Shown here piece after piece: positions 18,245 to 27,295 of a stretch of 64,000 bases of DNA. Numbering within the stretch: position 1 is the stretch's first letter; every line of letters starts with the position of its first letter. Under the pieces are notes generated by a model. The model saw only the letters and a list, made by a program, of their open reading frames with translations. It made no database searches and was not told the DNA's origin. Made by a program: the position numbers and the translations under genes. The stretch is from an uncultured Chloroflexia bacterium (GTDB lineage: Bacteria > Chloroflexota > Limnocylindria > QHBO01): positions 118,224 to 182,223 of the forward strand of contig CAVZAQ010000007.1 in the NCBI GenBank assembly GCA_963773405.1, given 5' to 3'.

Positions 18245-18766
18245 CTGGCATCGATGGGCCAACCCATGCCGGTCACGCCGCCAGTCGCGTCGTCAAGGAC
18301 GAAGTAGCCGAAGGACGAGTCTGGCAGCTCGCGGCCACTCGGCGGGCCCCGCCCCACGAACGGGCCACAGGCGCGAACGGTCCAGGTGATGGAGCCGCCG
18401 CCTCCGCCGGCCGCGACGCTCAGGATGTCGACCGATGGCACCGGCTCGTCGCCGGGCCACAGGGCTCCTCCGTCGTGGAGCATCTCGGTCACCTTCGAGG
18501 CGGCATCGGCTGCGGTCATCCTCGGGTGGAGGCCGGCGGGCACGTCGACGGTGTAGGCGTCGGCCGCGCGACCGCCCACCAGCAGGAAGGCAACGATGGC
18601 CGCGATCACCAGCACGACGGCCACCAGGACCAGCACCCAGCGCGGGGTGCGGTACGGCGCGGGCTCCGTCCGAGCTCGGCCAGCGGACGGCGCAGCCGCC
18701 GGACGGCAGCCCATCCACCAGTGCGGCCAGGCGGGTATCGAGCGCGGGGTCGGCTCGGTAGGTCAT
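18229..18766 (-). pseudogene. anti-sigma-like single-pass membrane protein, one frame change near 18670-18710
   Basis: MTYRADPALDTRLAALVDGLP... begins at an ATGA overlap with the sigma stop (frame of ORF 18293..18934). The TM and extracytoplasmic parts (RWVLVLVAVVLVIAAIVAFLLVGG...) are in ORF 18229..18714. Confidence 0.6.
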
Positions 18767-19236
18767 GGCTCCAGCTCCCGCCGCAGGAGAGCCTTGTCGC
18801 GGCTGATCCAGCTGCCGACGGTCCCGGCCGGCACGCCCAGCATCGACCCGACCTCTGCCTGGGTGTAGCCGTCGACCACGTGGAGCACCAGTGCGGCCCG
18901 ATGGCGCGGCTCCAGCGTTCCCACCGCGGCCCACAGGTCCGGATCGGTCGCCGGCTGCCAGGCCGGCGACGGCGCCATCGGCCTCTGCAGGAGCGACCAG
19001 CGACGGCGACGCCGCAGCTCGTTGAAGGCCAGCCGCAGACCGATGGTGTAGAGCCAGGCCCGGACATCGGCTCCGTCAAAGCGAGCCCAGGCGCGGTAGG
19101 CGCGAAGGTACGCCTCCTGCGCGGCATCCTCGGCCGCGTGCGGGTCGCGCAGGACCAGGGTCAGGCGCTGCAGGAGCGCCGGGTAGTGGGGTGCCACGGC
19201 TGCCTCGAACGTCGCTGGGTCCACGGACTCCTCCAT
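18763..19236 (-). CDS. ECF sigma-70 factor (second copy)
   Basis: Internal ATG (MEESVDPATFE...) is preceded by GGGAGGAG. Region 2 is AEDAAQEAYLRAYRAWARF...AWLYTIGLRLAFNELRR and region 4 is ALVLHVVDGYTQAEVGSMLGVPAGTVGSWISR. Confidence 0.85.
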   Translation of the reverse strand: MEESVDPATFEAAVAPHYPALLQRLTLVLRDPHAAEDAAQEAYLRAYRAWARFDGADVRAWLYTIGLRLAFNELRRRRRWSLLQRPMAPSPAWQPATDPDLWAAVGTLEPRHRAALVLHVVDGYTQAEVGSMLGVPAGTVGSWISRDKALLRRELEP

Positions 19237-19313
19237 GGGCTCCTCCCGCACCAGACAACACCCGATGCCTGCCGATTGTTGCACCGCCGCGGGCGGCCCG
19301 TCGTCGCGTTCGC

Positions 19314-19520
19314 GACTCGTCAGGCGCGGATGACGGGCGCGTTATGCGCGGTCGCCGGCGCCGCGCGTCGTCAGGCGCGGCTGTCTGCAGCGTTAGGCGG
19401 GCCAACGGGCTGCGAGGCTGCTCATCGCGGCCCGCTCCGAGCGTGGAGCGCGCCCCGCAGACGGCGGCAGACGAGGGAGAACCCGCCTAACGCTGCTGTG
19501 ACGCGCAAGTGACGAGTAGG
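19314..19520. mobile_element. family-A MITE-like element (~207 bp), copy 3
   Basis: Two direct 33-nt units lie at 19314-19346 and 19365-19397 (GACTCGTCAGGCGCGG...GCGTTATG and GCGTCGTCAGGCGCGG...AGCGTTAGG). An inverted unit, CCTAACGCTGCTGTGACGCGCAAGTGACGAGTAGG, sits at the other end. The interior is related to 17640-17700 and lacks the TATAAAT core. Confidence 0.5.
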
Positions 19521-19581
19521 AGGGATCGCGCGGCTGCGGCGGGGACCGTGCAGAGCGTCGCGGGAGCGGAGGAGCGGCGGG

Positions 19582-20328
19582 TCAGGCGGCGCCGGGTCGA
19601 GCCAGCAGGGGCCGACCGCCGGGCTCCAGAGCACGCGCTCGTCGGCGGTGATGGCGTAGACGCCGTACCCGGGATGGCGCGCGACCCAGTCGAGGCCGGC
19701 AAGGCCCATGGCGAAGGCCGTGGTGGCGTAGGCATCGGCGTAGGTCAGGCTGGGCCCGACGACGGTCACGCTGCAGCAGCTCGCGCGGCGCCTCGTCGCT
19801 GCCGGGCACCCGGATATGGTCGCCGCGCTCGTAGGCCGCGGAGGTCGCAACCGCCCCGCGGCGCACCTCGAGAACCCGGGCCACCCGGTCGGCGATGAAC
19901 GGGATGGCGGATCCCGACGCGCCATCCGCGACCCGGCCGCGGGCTCGCCGCGAACCAGGATGTCGCCGCCGGCGTTGATCGCGAAATTCCGCGCCCCGGC
20001 GGCATCCAGCAGGAGCGCCGCCTCGTCCACGGACCAGCCCTTCACCACGCCGGACGGGTCGAGCGCGCCATCCGCGCGGTGGTGTCGGGCATCGAAGATA
20101 GCCATCGGATTGGGCGGCCAGCTCGTCACAGAGGGCCAGCACCTGGCGGACCTCCAGGCTGGCCTCGCTCTCGCGAAGCTCGCCACGGCCGATCCGGCTC
20201 ACCTCGCTCTCGGATCGATACGTGCTGAAGCGCTCATCGACCCCGCGGAACCAGGCGAAAGCATCGTCGAGCGCGCTGAGCGGCACCCATTCGTCGCGCA
20301 CCCGGATGCCCACGGCGGTGCCCATCAC
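19582..20328 (-). pseudogene. apbE: FAD:protein FMN transferase (ApbE family), several frame changes
   Basis: RRVEQVMGTAVGIRV is the characteristic N-terminal MGT motif. Further segments (DPSGVVKGWSVDEAALLL...NAGGDI, AVATSAAYERG, YADAYATTAFAMG) are spread over ORFs 19582..20328, 19422..20186 and 19766..20005. Confidence 0.75.
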
Positions 20329-20391
20329 CTGCTCGACGCGGCGCAGCGCAAGACGTGGCGTCGGGCATGGGTGCGATGCCCGACCGGCAGC

Positions 20392-20925
20392 TCAGCCATT
20401 CGACTTGGTCCAGGATCGACTGCACCGACTGCGCGTACCCATAGGAGGTGTAGGTCGCGCCGCTGATCAGGTCGATCTGCGCGCTCTGTGCGTGCAGCAC
20501 CTCCTGGCGCAGGATGGGGCGCGACATAGCTGCTGATCTGCGCCGATAGCTGCCGGTCGTTCGGCAGCTGCAGCGCCTGGACGTCGGTGATCTTCCCGTC
20601 GGAGAAGGTGGTCTGCAGCTGCACCGTTCCGAACCGGGTCTGGAGGGCCGGGCCGGTGACCGTTCCGTTCGCCTTCCCGCCGCCCTGCTGGGGCGCCGGG
20701 GTCGGCGGTGCTGCCCCGGGGTTGGAGACCGTGCCGCCCGTGCCGCCGGTGTTGCCATCGCCGTGCCCGCGCCTCCGTTCCCGTGCCGTTGCCGCCCGTC
20801 GATCCCCTGCCGGGCACGATCTGTACCGGGTTGTCCGGCGTCTTGAAGCTGAAGAGCAGTGCCAGGCCAAGGGCGGTGATGGCCGCGGCAATGACGCCGC
20901 GTTTGGGTAGCGTTGGCATGAGCAT
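20392..20925 (-). pseudogene. FMN-binding domain lipoprotein/membrane protein (ApbE substrate type), frame changes; 3' end uncertain
   Basis: The signal/anchor is MLMPTLPKRGVIAAAITALGLALLFS. The domain end ...IDLISGATYTSYGYAQSVQSILD carries the D-x-x-S-G-A-T flavinylation motif. Pieces lie in ORFs 20467..20925, 20325..21005 and 20234..21127. Confidence 0.65.
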
Positions 20926-20931
20926 CGATCC

Positions 20932-22312
20932 CTAGTAGCTGAAGCGTTCCATGTGGACCTGCACGTCGGGGACGCGGAGGGCGCGCAGGCTGCGCCGCAC
21001 CGCATTCATCATCGGAATCGGCCCGCAGACATAGACGTCCCGGTGCCGCACGTCGGGGACCAGCTTCCCGAGCTCGCGCAGGGCGCAGGGGATCGCGGCG
21101 CATGTCACGTCCGCCGCGCTCGCCCACCAGATAGTGGATCCGGTCGCCGCGTTCGCGGACCAGCTGGTCGAGCTCCTCGCTTGAAGACCACGTCGTTCCA
21201 GTCGGAGGCGCGGTACAGGACGGTTACCGCGCCGTGCCCCAGGGGGAGCTCCTCGAGCAGGGCCCGCAGCGGGGTGATCCCGATCCCGCCGGCAACCAGG
21301 AGCACGCGCGATCGGTGGCGCAGCGCGCCGGTCAGGGCGCCATACGGTCCCTCCGCGAAGACGGGCGTCCCCGGCTTGAGGGCCAGGAGCCGGCGGGAGT
21401 AATCACCCAGGTCCTTGATGGTGATCCGGAGCTGCTCGCCGTTGGGCGCCGAGGAGAGTGAGAAGGGATGGGCCCGCCACCAACCGTCGCCCGCCAGGAA
21501 GCGCCAGATGAAGTACTGGCCGGCCCGGCAGGCCAGCTGGTCGAGATCGCGTCCGGTGACGTAGACGGAGGCGACGCCCGGACCCTCCGGGACCACGGCG
21601 GCCACCCGCAGCCGATGGCGCAGCGAGAGGGCAATCGGCTGGCCAATGCGGAAGAGGAGGATCAAGCGCTGCAGCGGCGATGTACAGCGCGATCCAGAAG
21701 ACGCGCGCCACCGGGTCACTGGTGAAGTCGGTTCCCACCGCCAGCTCGTGGCCGAAGCCCAGCGCGATGGCCAGGTAGGCGTACAGGTGCAGCCCGTACC
21801 AGGTCTCGTAGCTGACGCGGCGCTGCACGGCCCGCATGGACATGACCGCCACCATCACCAGCAGCCCCAGGCCGACCGTGCCCATCAGCACGTACGGGTA
21901 GGTGGTGAGGAGCGTCCAGGCCTCGACCAGCACCGGAGTGGAGAGCCCCATCGCATAGCCGGTGGTGGTGAGCACCGCGTGCCCCACAAGGAGCCAGAGG
22001 ACGCTGAAGCCGATCCATCGATGCCAGACCGCAAGGCGCTCCATGCCCAGCTGCTGGTCCAGCCACGGACTGACGCGACATGAGGACGAGCTGCACCAGG
22101 GCCAGGTAGGTCCCGACCAGCGCCGTGACCTGACCAGCGGCGGTGAGCGCGCCGGACAGCGTCGTAAGCTGGTCGAGACCGCCATGCCGGACCCAGAGGC
22201 CCACCACCAGCGCGCCGACACCGAGGAGGAGTCCCCCGATGTCGGCGGGCCGGATGGGCCAGATCCGTGGAACCGGGACCCGGTTCAGGCGACGGCTGAT
22301 GCTCGGCTGCAT
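20932..22312 (-). pseudogene. ferric-reductase-like transmembrane protein with FAD/NAD(P)-binding domains, several frame changes
   Basis: The heme-His TM region is HRWIGFSVLWLLVGHAVL...LHLYAYLAIALGFGHE. The FAD motif is RAHPFSLSS and the NAD motif is LLVAGGIGITP. The C-terminus VPDVRHRDVYVCGPIPMMNAVRRSL...HMERFSY-stop was read by hand. Pieces lie in ORFs 21716..22312, 21403..22221 and 21105..21719 plus an unlisted frame. Confidence 0.75.
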
Positions 22313-22319
22313 GCCGTGC

Positions 22320-23553
22320 TCAGCCGCCGCTCTGCGCCGGCATGGTCCCCAGCGTCAGGCTCAGGGTCAGCGTGCTGGAGCCTCGCTGCACGGTGAGCGT
22401 GAGCGTATCGCCCGGCGAGTGGGTGACGATCAGGCTCGACAGGTCATGGGCGTGCGTCGACCGTCTGCCCGTCGACCGCGGTGATGATGTCGCCGTCCTT
22501 CAGGCCGGCCTTCGCGGCGGGCGTGCCGGAGAGCACGCCGCTCGACCCGTTGGGGGGCGGTCCCACCAGCGCCCCGTGATCGGCGGACAGATTGTCCTGC
22601 TGCGCCAGGCCCTTGGTCACCGGCTGGTAGTAGATGCCGATCCACGGGCGCGTCAGCGGCTTGCCCGCGAGGGCCTCGTCCATGATTCCCTTCGCCGCGT
22701 CGATCGGGATGGCGAAGCCGATCCCCTGCGCGCTCTGGTTCACGGCGGTGTTCACGCCAATCACCTGGCCGGCGGAGTTGACCAGCGGGCCGCCCGAGTT
22801 GCCCGGATTGATGGCGGCATCGGTCTGGATCAGGTCGTTCAGCTCCTCGGCAGCTCGTCTGGCTGACGTCACCGGCGGTGATCTGGCGGCCGAGCCCGGA
22901 GACGACGCCGGTGGTGACCGTGTTCTGGAAGGTGCCCAGCGGGTTGCCGATGGCGATCGCGAGCTGTCCCTGCTCGAGGCCGGCGCTGGTGCCGATTGGG
23001 CGCGGTGGGCAGGCCCGTGGCGTTGATCTTGACGATGGCCAGGTCGGTCAGGGTGTCGATGCCGTAGACGGTGCCCGGTGAAGGTCCTCGTGTCGGCCAG
23101 GATCACCTGGATCTGCTGCGCGCCATCGACGACATGACGGTTGGTGAGGATCCAGCCGTTCGCGTTGAAGATGAAGCCGGAACCGGTTCCGCCGCGCCCC
23201 GAGTGTTCGACCGGACCTGGATCGTGACCACGGCCGGCGAGACCTTCTGGACGGCGCTGATCACCGCGGAGTTCTCGTCGAGGTGGACCGTGCTGACCGT
23301 GGTGCCGCCCGGAGGTCGTGGTGGTTCCCGTGTTCACGGACGCGGTGCCCCGATCGATCAGGTTGGAGACGGCGACCGCACTGAGCGCGCCGGAGACCAT
23401 GCCGATCACCAGGGCGAGCACGATGAACGGGACCCACCAGGCCCGGCGACGATCCGCGACGACGGACGGCACCTCGGGCCGTGTCGGTGTTGGAGGAAGG
23501 TACGCGGAGCCCGGCGTCGGCTCGGGGGTCTGCTGATCTGGGAGCTGCATCAT
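22320..23553 (-). pseudogene. HtrA/DegP-type serine protease with PDZ domain, several frame changes
   Basis: MMQLPDQQ... is followed by a TM ([24 protein letters not shown]). The His region is [19 protein letters not shown] and the Ser region is [16 protein letters not shown]. The PDZ domain ([16 protein letters not shown]) continues in another frame to ...TLGTMPAQSGG-stop at 22320. Confidence 0.8.
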
Positions 23554-23681
23554 GGCCCCGAGGATGCCAGACGATTCTGAACGTCGTCTGAGAAGCGGGA
23601 CCGGATATGAACCCAACATGTTACGAATCCGTAGTATCTGTACCTGCCCGAGCATCGCACCGCACCACTGATGGGAGCCGC

Positions 23682-24703
23682 ATGCCCCGACGACGTCCGC
23701 GACCGCATCCCGTCGTTCTGCCGCTGTTGGGATCTCTGCTGCTCGTGGCCTGCTCCGCCCCCGCCTCCAGCGGGAGCGCAGCCATCGCTGTCTGCGATGA
23801 GCGCAACACCCGTCGCCAGCGCGGAACCGAGCGCTCCGGTCGTGACGCAGATTCCCGGCACCCTGGGCAGCGTGGCCGTGGGCAGTGGCCCCTGCGCGCT
23901 GGAGACGGCACCGGACGGCCGTGCGTACGTCAGCCTCTACAGCGCGCACTCGGTGGTCCGGATCGACCCGGCCACCGGCGCCGTAACCCAGCTCGCGACC
24001 CTCGACGGCACACCCTGCGGCGTGGCCTTCGCCGGCGGCTCGGTGTGGGTCGGCGTGCTGGGCACCCACCAGCTCGTGCGCCTGGATCCGGACAGCGGCG
24101 CGGTCCAGGAGACGATCGCCTTGAAGGGCGACCCGTGGGACGTCCAGCCTGGCGGTGGCTACGTCTGGGTCGCGGATCGCGGCATCCCGGGCGTGATCGG
24201 CTACGACGAGACGACCGGCGACCCGGGTCCGTCCGTCACGACCGGCTACGACCCCACCGGGCTCGCCTACCTCGACGGGCACCTGTGGGTCACGCTCCAG
24301 GGGCCGCACAAGCTCATTCGCCTCGACGCCGCCGGTGATGCGGCCGAGGTGACCACCGACGTGGGCTCGCAGCCCACGTGGTTCGCCGATGGCGACGGCA
24401 CGCTGTGGATAACCGACAACGCCGGCACCGTCCACCGCATCGATCCCACCACCGGCAAGTCGATCGCCGATATCGACCTGGGTGGCAGCCCGCGCGACCC
24501 GGTCTTCGCCTTCGGTGCCCTCTGGGTCGCGAACGGTGCGGACGGCGTGCTGAGCCGGATCTCGCCCGACACGAACGCGGTCAGCGGCACGCTCCAGCTG
24601 AAGCCGGGGATCTGGACCGTCGAGCAGGTACGGGAACGAGCTGTGGGTCGAAGACTACGCAGGACAGGAGATCTACCGCGTCGACCCCGCCAGCGTCGGA
24701 TGA
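23682..24703 (+). pseudogene. beta-propeller (NHL/YVTN-like) lipoprotein, two frame changes
   Basis: The signal peptide with lipobox [24 protein letters not shown] is in ORF 23607..24338. The repeat body ([11 protein letters not shown]..., [11 protein letters not shown]..., [29 protein letters not shown]) is in ORF 23671..25509. The end ...[23 protein letters not shown]-stop is in a third frame. Confidence 0.65.
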
Positions 24704-25509
24704 TGACCCAGGCGGCGCAACGATCCGGGGTGCCGAGGCCCCGGATCTCCCTCTTCCTCGCCGCCACCCTGGTCCTCGCCGGCTGCGCTCCAGCGCAGCC
24801 GGCGAGCTCCGGGGGATCGCCATCGGCGGAGGCACAATCGCCGTCCGGCGCCGCGTCGATCTCCCCGGCGTCGGCATCGGGATCGGAGCAGCCAGGTATG
24901 GACACGACCCTCGACGCCCTGGCATCGGCGCAACCCGCGTCGCAGGCGTACCGCGCCTTCCTCCGGCAGTCGAGCATGGAGGCCGGCATCTATCAGCTCG
25001 CGGCCGGCGCAGCGGACTCTCAGGAGAGCCACCAACGCGACGAGCTGTACGTCATCCTCGCCGGATCGGCGAGCCTGGAGGTGGACGGGACGGAGCAGGC
25101 CGTGACCCCGGGCTCCATCGTCTTCGTGCGGGCCGGCGTGCAGCATCGGTTCACGGCCATCGCGAGCGCCCTGCGCGTTCTCGTGGTGTTCGCGAACGCC
25201 GCCACCAATCCGGCGGATCCGGCCTGGCAGCTCGACCGGCGCAATGACCTTGCCGCAGCGGCAACCCCGGCCCGCAACGTGTGGTCCCCGTTCCTGCGCA
25301 CGAGCACGATGACGGCCGGCCTCTACCTGCTGCCGGCGTCCGTCGGCGGCGATCACCCGCAGACCCACGCCACCGATGAGCTCAACCTCATGTTCGCCGG
25401 CAACGCGGAGTTCGTTGTCGACGGCGGGACGCCGGTCGCCATTGGCCCCGGCAGCGTCATGAGCGTCAACGCCGGCCACCAGCATGACTTTCGCTGCCCT
25501 CGCCGCTGA
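24699..25509 (+). CDS. bicupin lipoprotein
   Basis: MMTQAAQRSGVPRPRISLFLAATLVLAGC carries the lipobox. Two cupin-like halves follow (DELYVILAGSASLEVDG...VFVRAGVQHRF and DELNLMFAGNAEFVVDG...MSVNAGHQHDF). The start overlaps the previous stop (ATGATGA). Confidence 0.7.
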
Positions 25510-25575
25510 TGTCGTGGACCTGATCATCTGGCCGCCAGCCGGCTGAGGATTGACCACAGGGTCCTGCCACCAGGC

Positions 25576-26880
25576 TTGGGCCAGACGATCGCCTGGCTGT
25601 GCCACCAAGGATCACTTGCGGAAGCGGTGAGGCAGATAGACGCGGTCGGCTACGGGCGAGCTAACGTGTTCCCGGTGAAGGTTACTGCCGAGGCGGCGCG
25701 TCGCTTTCTAGTCGCACGGCACTTCCTCGCGCCTGCGCGGTCTCTCGCGGGAGGCCCCGACGGGGTACTCGAGGTCCTCCGAAGGCTCGGGTCGATCCAG
25801 TTCGACCCGATCGCGGTCGCCGGGCGGAGCCATGACCTCGTGCTGCACGCGCGCGTTGCGGGTTACGAGCCAGCCTGGTGCGACGCGCTCTACGAGCGCC
25901 GCGAGATCTTCGAGACGACCAACAAGGCGCTGTCGTTCATCCCGGCGAGCGAGTTCCCATGGTTCCGTGTGAACTCGGGCCGCAAGGGGCCACGGTTCCA
26001 CGCCCAGGCGCTCGCCGACAACACCGCGGTCGCGGAGCGCGTGCTCGAGCGAATCCAGGCGGACGGGCCGCTGTCCTCGGCCGACTTCGAGCGCGAGACC
26101 GGTCCGACGAAGGACTGGTTCGGGGTGCCGGAGAACGCCGTGCGCGCCGTGCTCGAGGCGTACACGGTCAAGGGCGTGATCGGCCTCGCGCGGCGGGACG
26201 GGAACCTCCGGTACTACGACCTCGTCGAGCGGCTGCTTCCGGCCGAGTTGCTCGCGCACGTGGTGCCGGTGCGGGAACAGCTGCTGCACAAGCTCTTGTC
26301 CCGCTACCGCGCCCACGGCCTGCTCGGCGCCGGCGGCGCCGGCGGCACGTTCGCCCGCATCGCCGACCCAAAGGAGCGCAACGAGCTGCGCAAGCAGCTG
26401 GTCGAGCTCGGCGCGCTCGTGCCCGTCGACGTCGAGGGCGTGCGCGGTACGCGCTTCGTGCTCGAGGAGGAGCTCGCGCTGTTGCAGGCGCCGCCCGAGC
26501 CGACGCCGTCCGTGGCATTCGTCGCCCCGTTCGACTCGCTGCTGTGGGACGCCACCCTCCTCGCAAGCCTCTTCGACTACGACTACGTCTGGGAGGGCTT
26601 CTTCCCTCAGGCGAAGCGCCGCTGGGGCTATTACGTGCTCCCGATCCTCTTCGGCGACCGCTTCGTCGGAAGGATCGAGCCGCGCATCGAGCGAGACGAG
26701 GGCGTCGTACAGGTCCTCGACATCTGGTGGGAGGACGGCTTCTCGCCGCGCCGCGCCGACGGGTTTGTCGAGGCGATGCGCGACGCGCTCCGCGCGTACC
26801 TGCGCTTTGCGCGCGCGGAACGACTCGAGTGGGCAGCGCACCTCGGCCGCGAGAAGCTGCTCTTCCACGCCCGCCCCTGA
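25576..26880 (+). CDS. YcaQ/AlkZ-like winged-helix DNA glycosylase family protein
   Basis: 434-aa intact ORF. ARRFLVARHFL...VLEVLRRLGSIQFDPIAVAGRSHDLVLHARV...WGYYVLPILFGDRFVGRIEPR is typical of the DUF1006/YcaQ family. The true start may be the GTG at 25666 or 25675. Confidence 0.75.
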   Translation: MGQTIAWLCHQGSLAEAVRQIDAVGYGRANVFPVKVTAEAARRFLVARHFLAPARSLAGGPDGVLEVLRRLGSIQFDPIAVAGRSHDLVLHARVAGYEPAWCDALYERREIFETTNKALSFIPASEFPWFRVNSGRKGPRFHAQALADNTAVAERVLERIQADGPLSSADFERETGPTKDWFGVPENAVRAVLEAYTVKGVIGLARRDGNLRYYDLVERLLPAELLAHVVPVREQLLHKLLSRYRAHGLLGAGGAGGTFARIADPKERNELRKQLVELGALVPVDVEGVRGTRFVLEEELALLQAPPEPTPSVAFVAPFDSLLWDATLLASLFDYDYVWEGFFPQAKRRWGYYVLPILFGDRFVGRIEPRIERDEGVVQVLDIWWEDGFSPRRADGFVEAMRDALRAYLRFARAERLEWAAHLGREKLLFHARP

Positions 26881-27022
26881 TCGTTGCACGCCATCTACGA
26901 GCGGATCACGCTCGCGGGCATGGCTCGCCCCGAGCGGCTACCATGCAGTTGCCGCCGTGAGCGCTCCTCCTGGCATCGCCAGCGAACGCGGCCGATGTTC
27001 GAGCGCCAGTGGAGTCCCTCTC

Positions 27023-27295
27023 GTGACCGATGCCCTTGGGCTGATGGCCGCATCCTGGGGCGTGCTGATGGCGGTCTCCCCCGTCCTCCAGGTGCGCCGC
27101 ATCCTGGAGCGGCGCTCGTCTGACGACGTCTCCATCGGCTACCTTGCCGTGCTCGTGCCCGGGTTCCTGCTGTGGATCGCCTATGGCCTCAGCCTGGGAA
27201 GCCCCGTGATCTGGGTGCCGAATGTCGTCGCGGCAACGATCGGCCTCGCGACCATCGCCGTCGCCCTGCGCTTCCGCTCCGCGGCGTCGCGCTAG
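27023..27295 (+). CDS. SemiSWEET / PQ-loop family small transporter
   Basis: About 90 aa with three TM helices (LMAASWGVLMAVSPVLQVRRILERRSSDDVSIGYLAVLVPGFLLWIAYGL...). The start is GTG 27023 or ATG 27044 within ORF 26765..27295. Confidence 0.65.
   Translation: MTDALGLMAASWGVLMAVSPVLQVRRILERRSSDDVSIGYLAVLVPGFLLWIAYGLSLGSPVIWVPNVVAATIGLATIAVALRFRSAASR

Noticed and set aside
23600-24435. N-terminal 280 codons of the 663-aa minus-strand ORF 22444..24435
   Set aside because: Only the part below 23553 is HtrA. The upstream extension is antisense to the propeller lipoprotein gene and is Arg/Gly-rich. MMQLPDQQ at 23553 is the plausible start.
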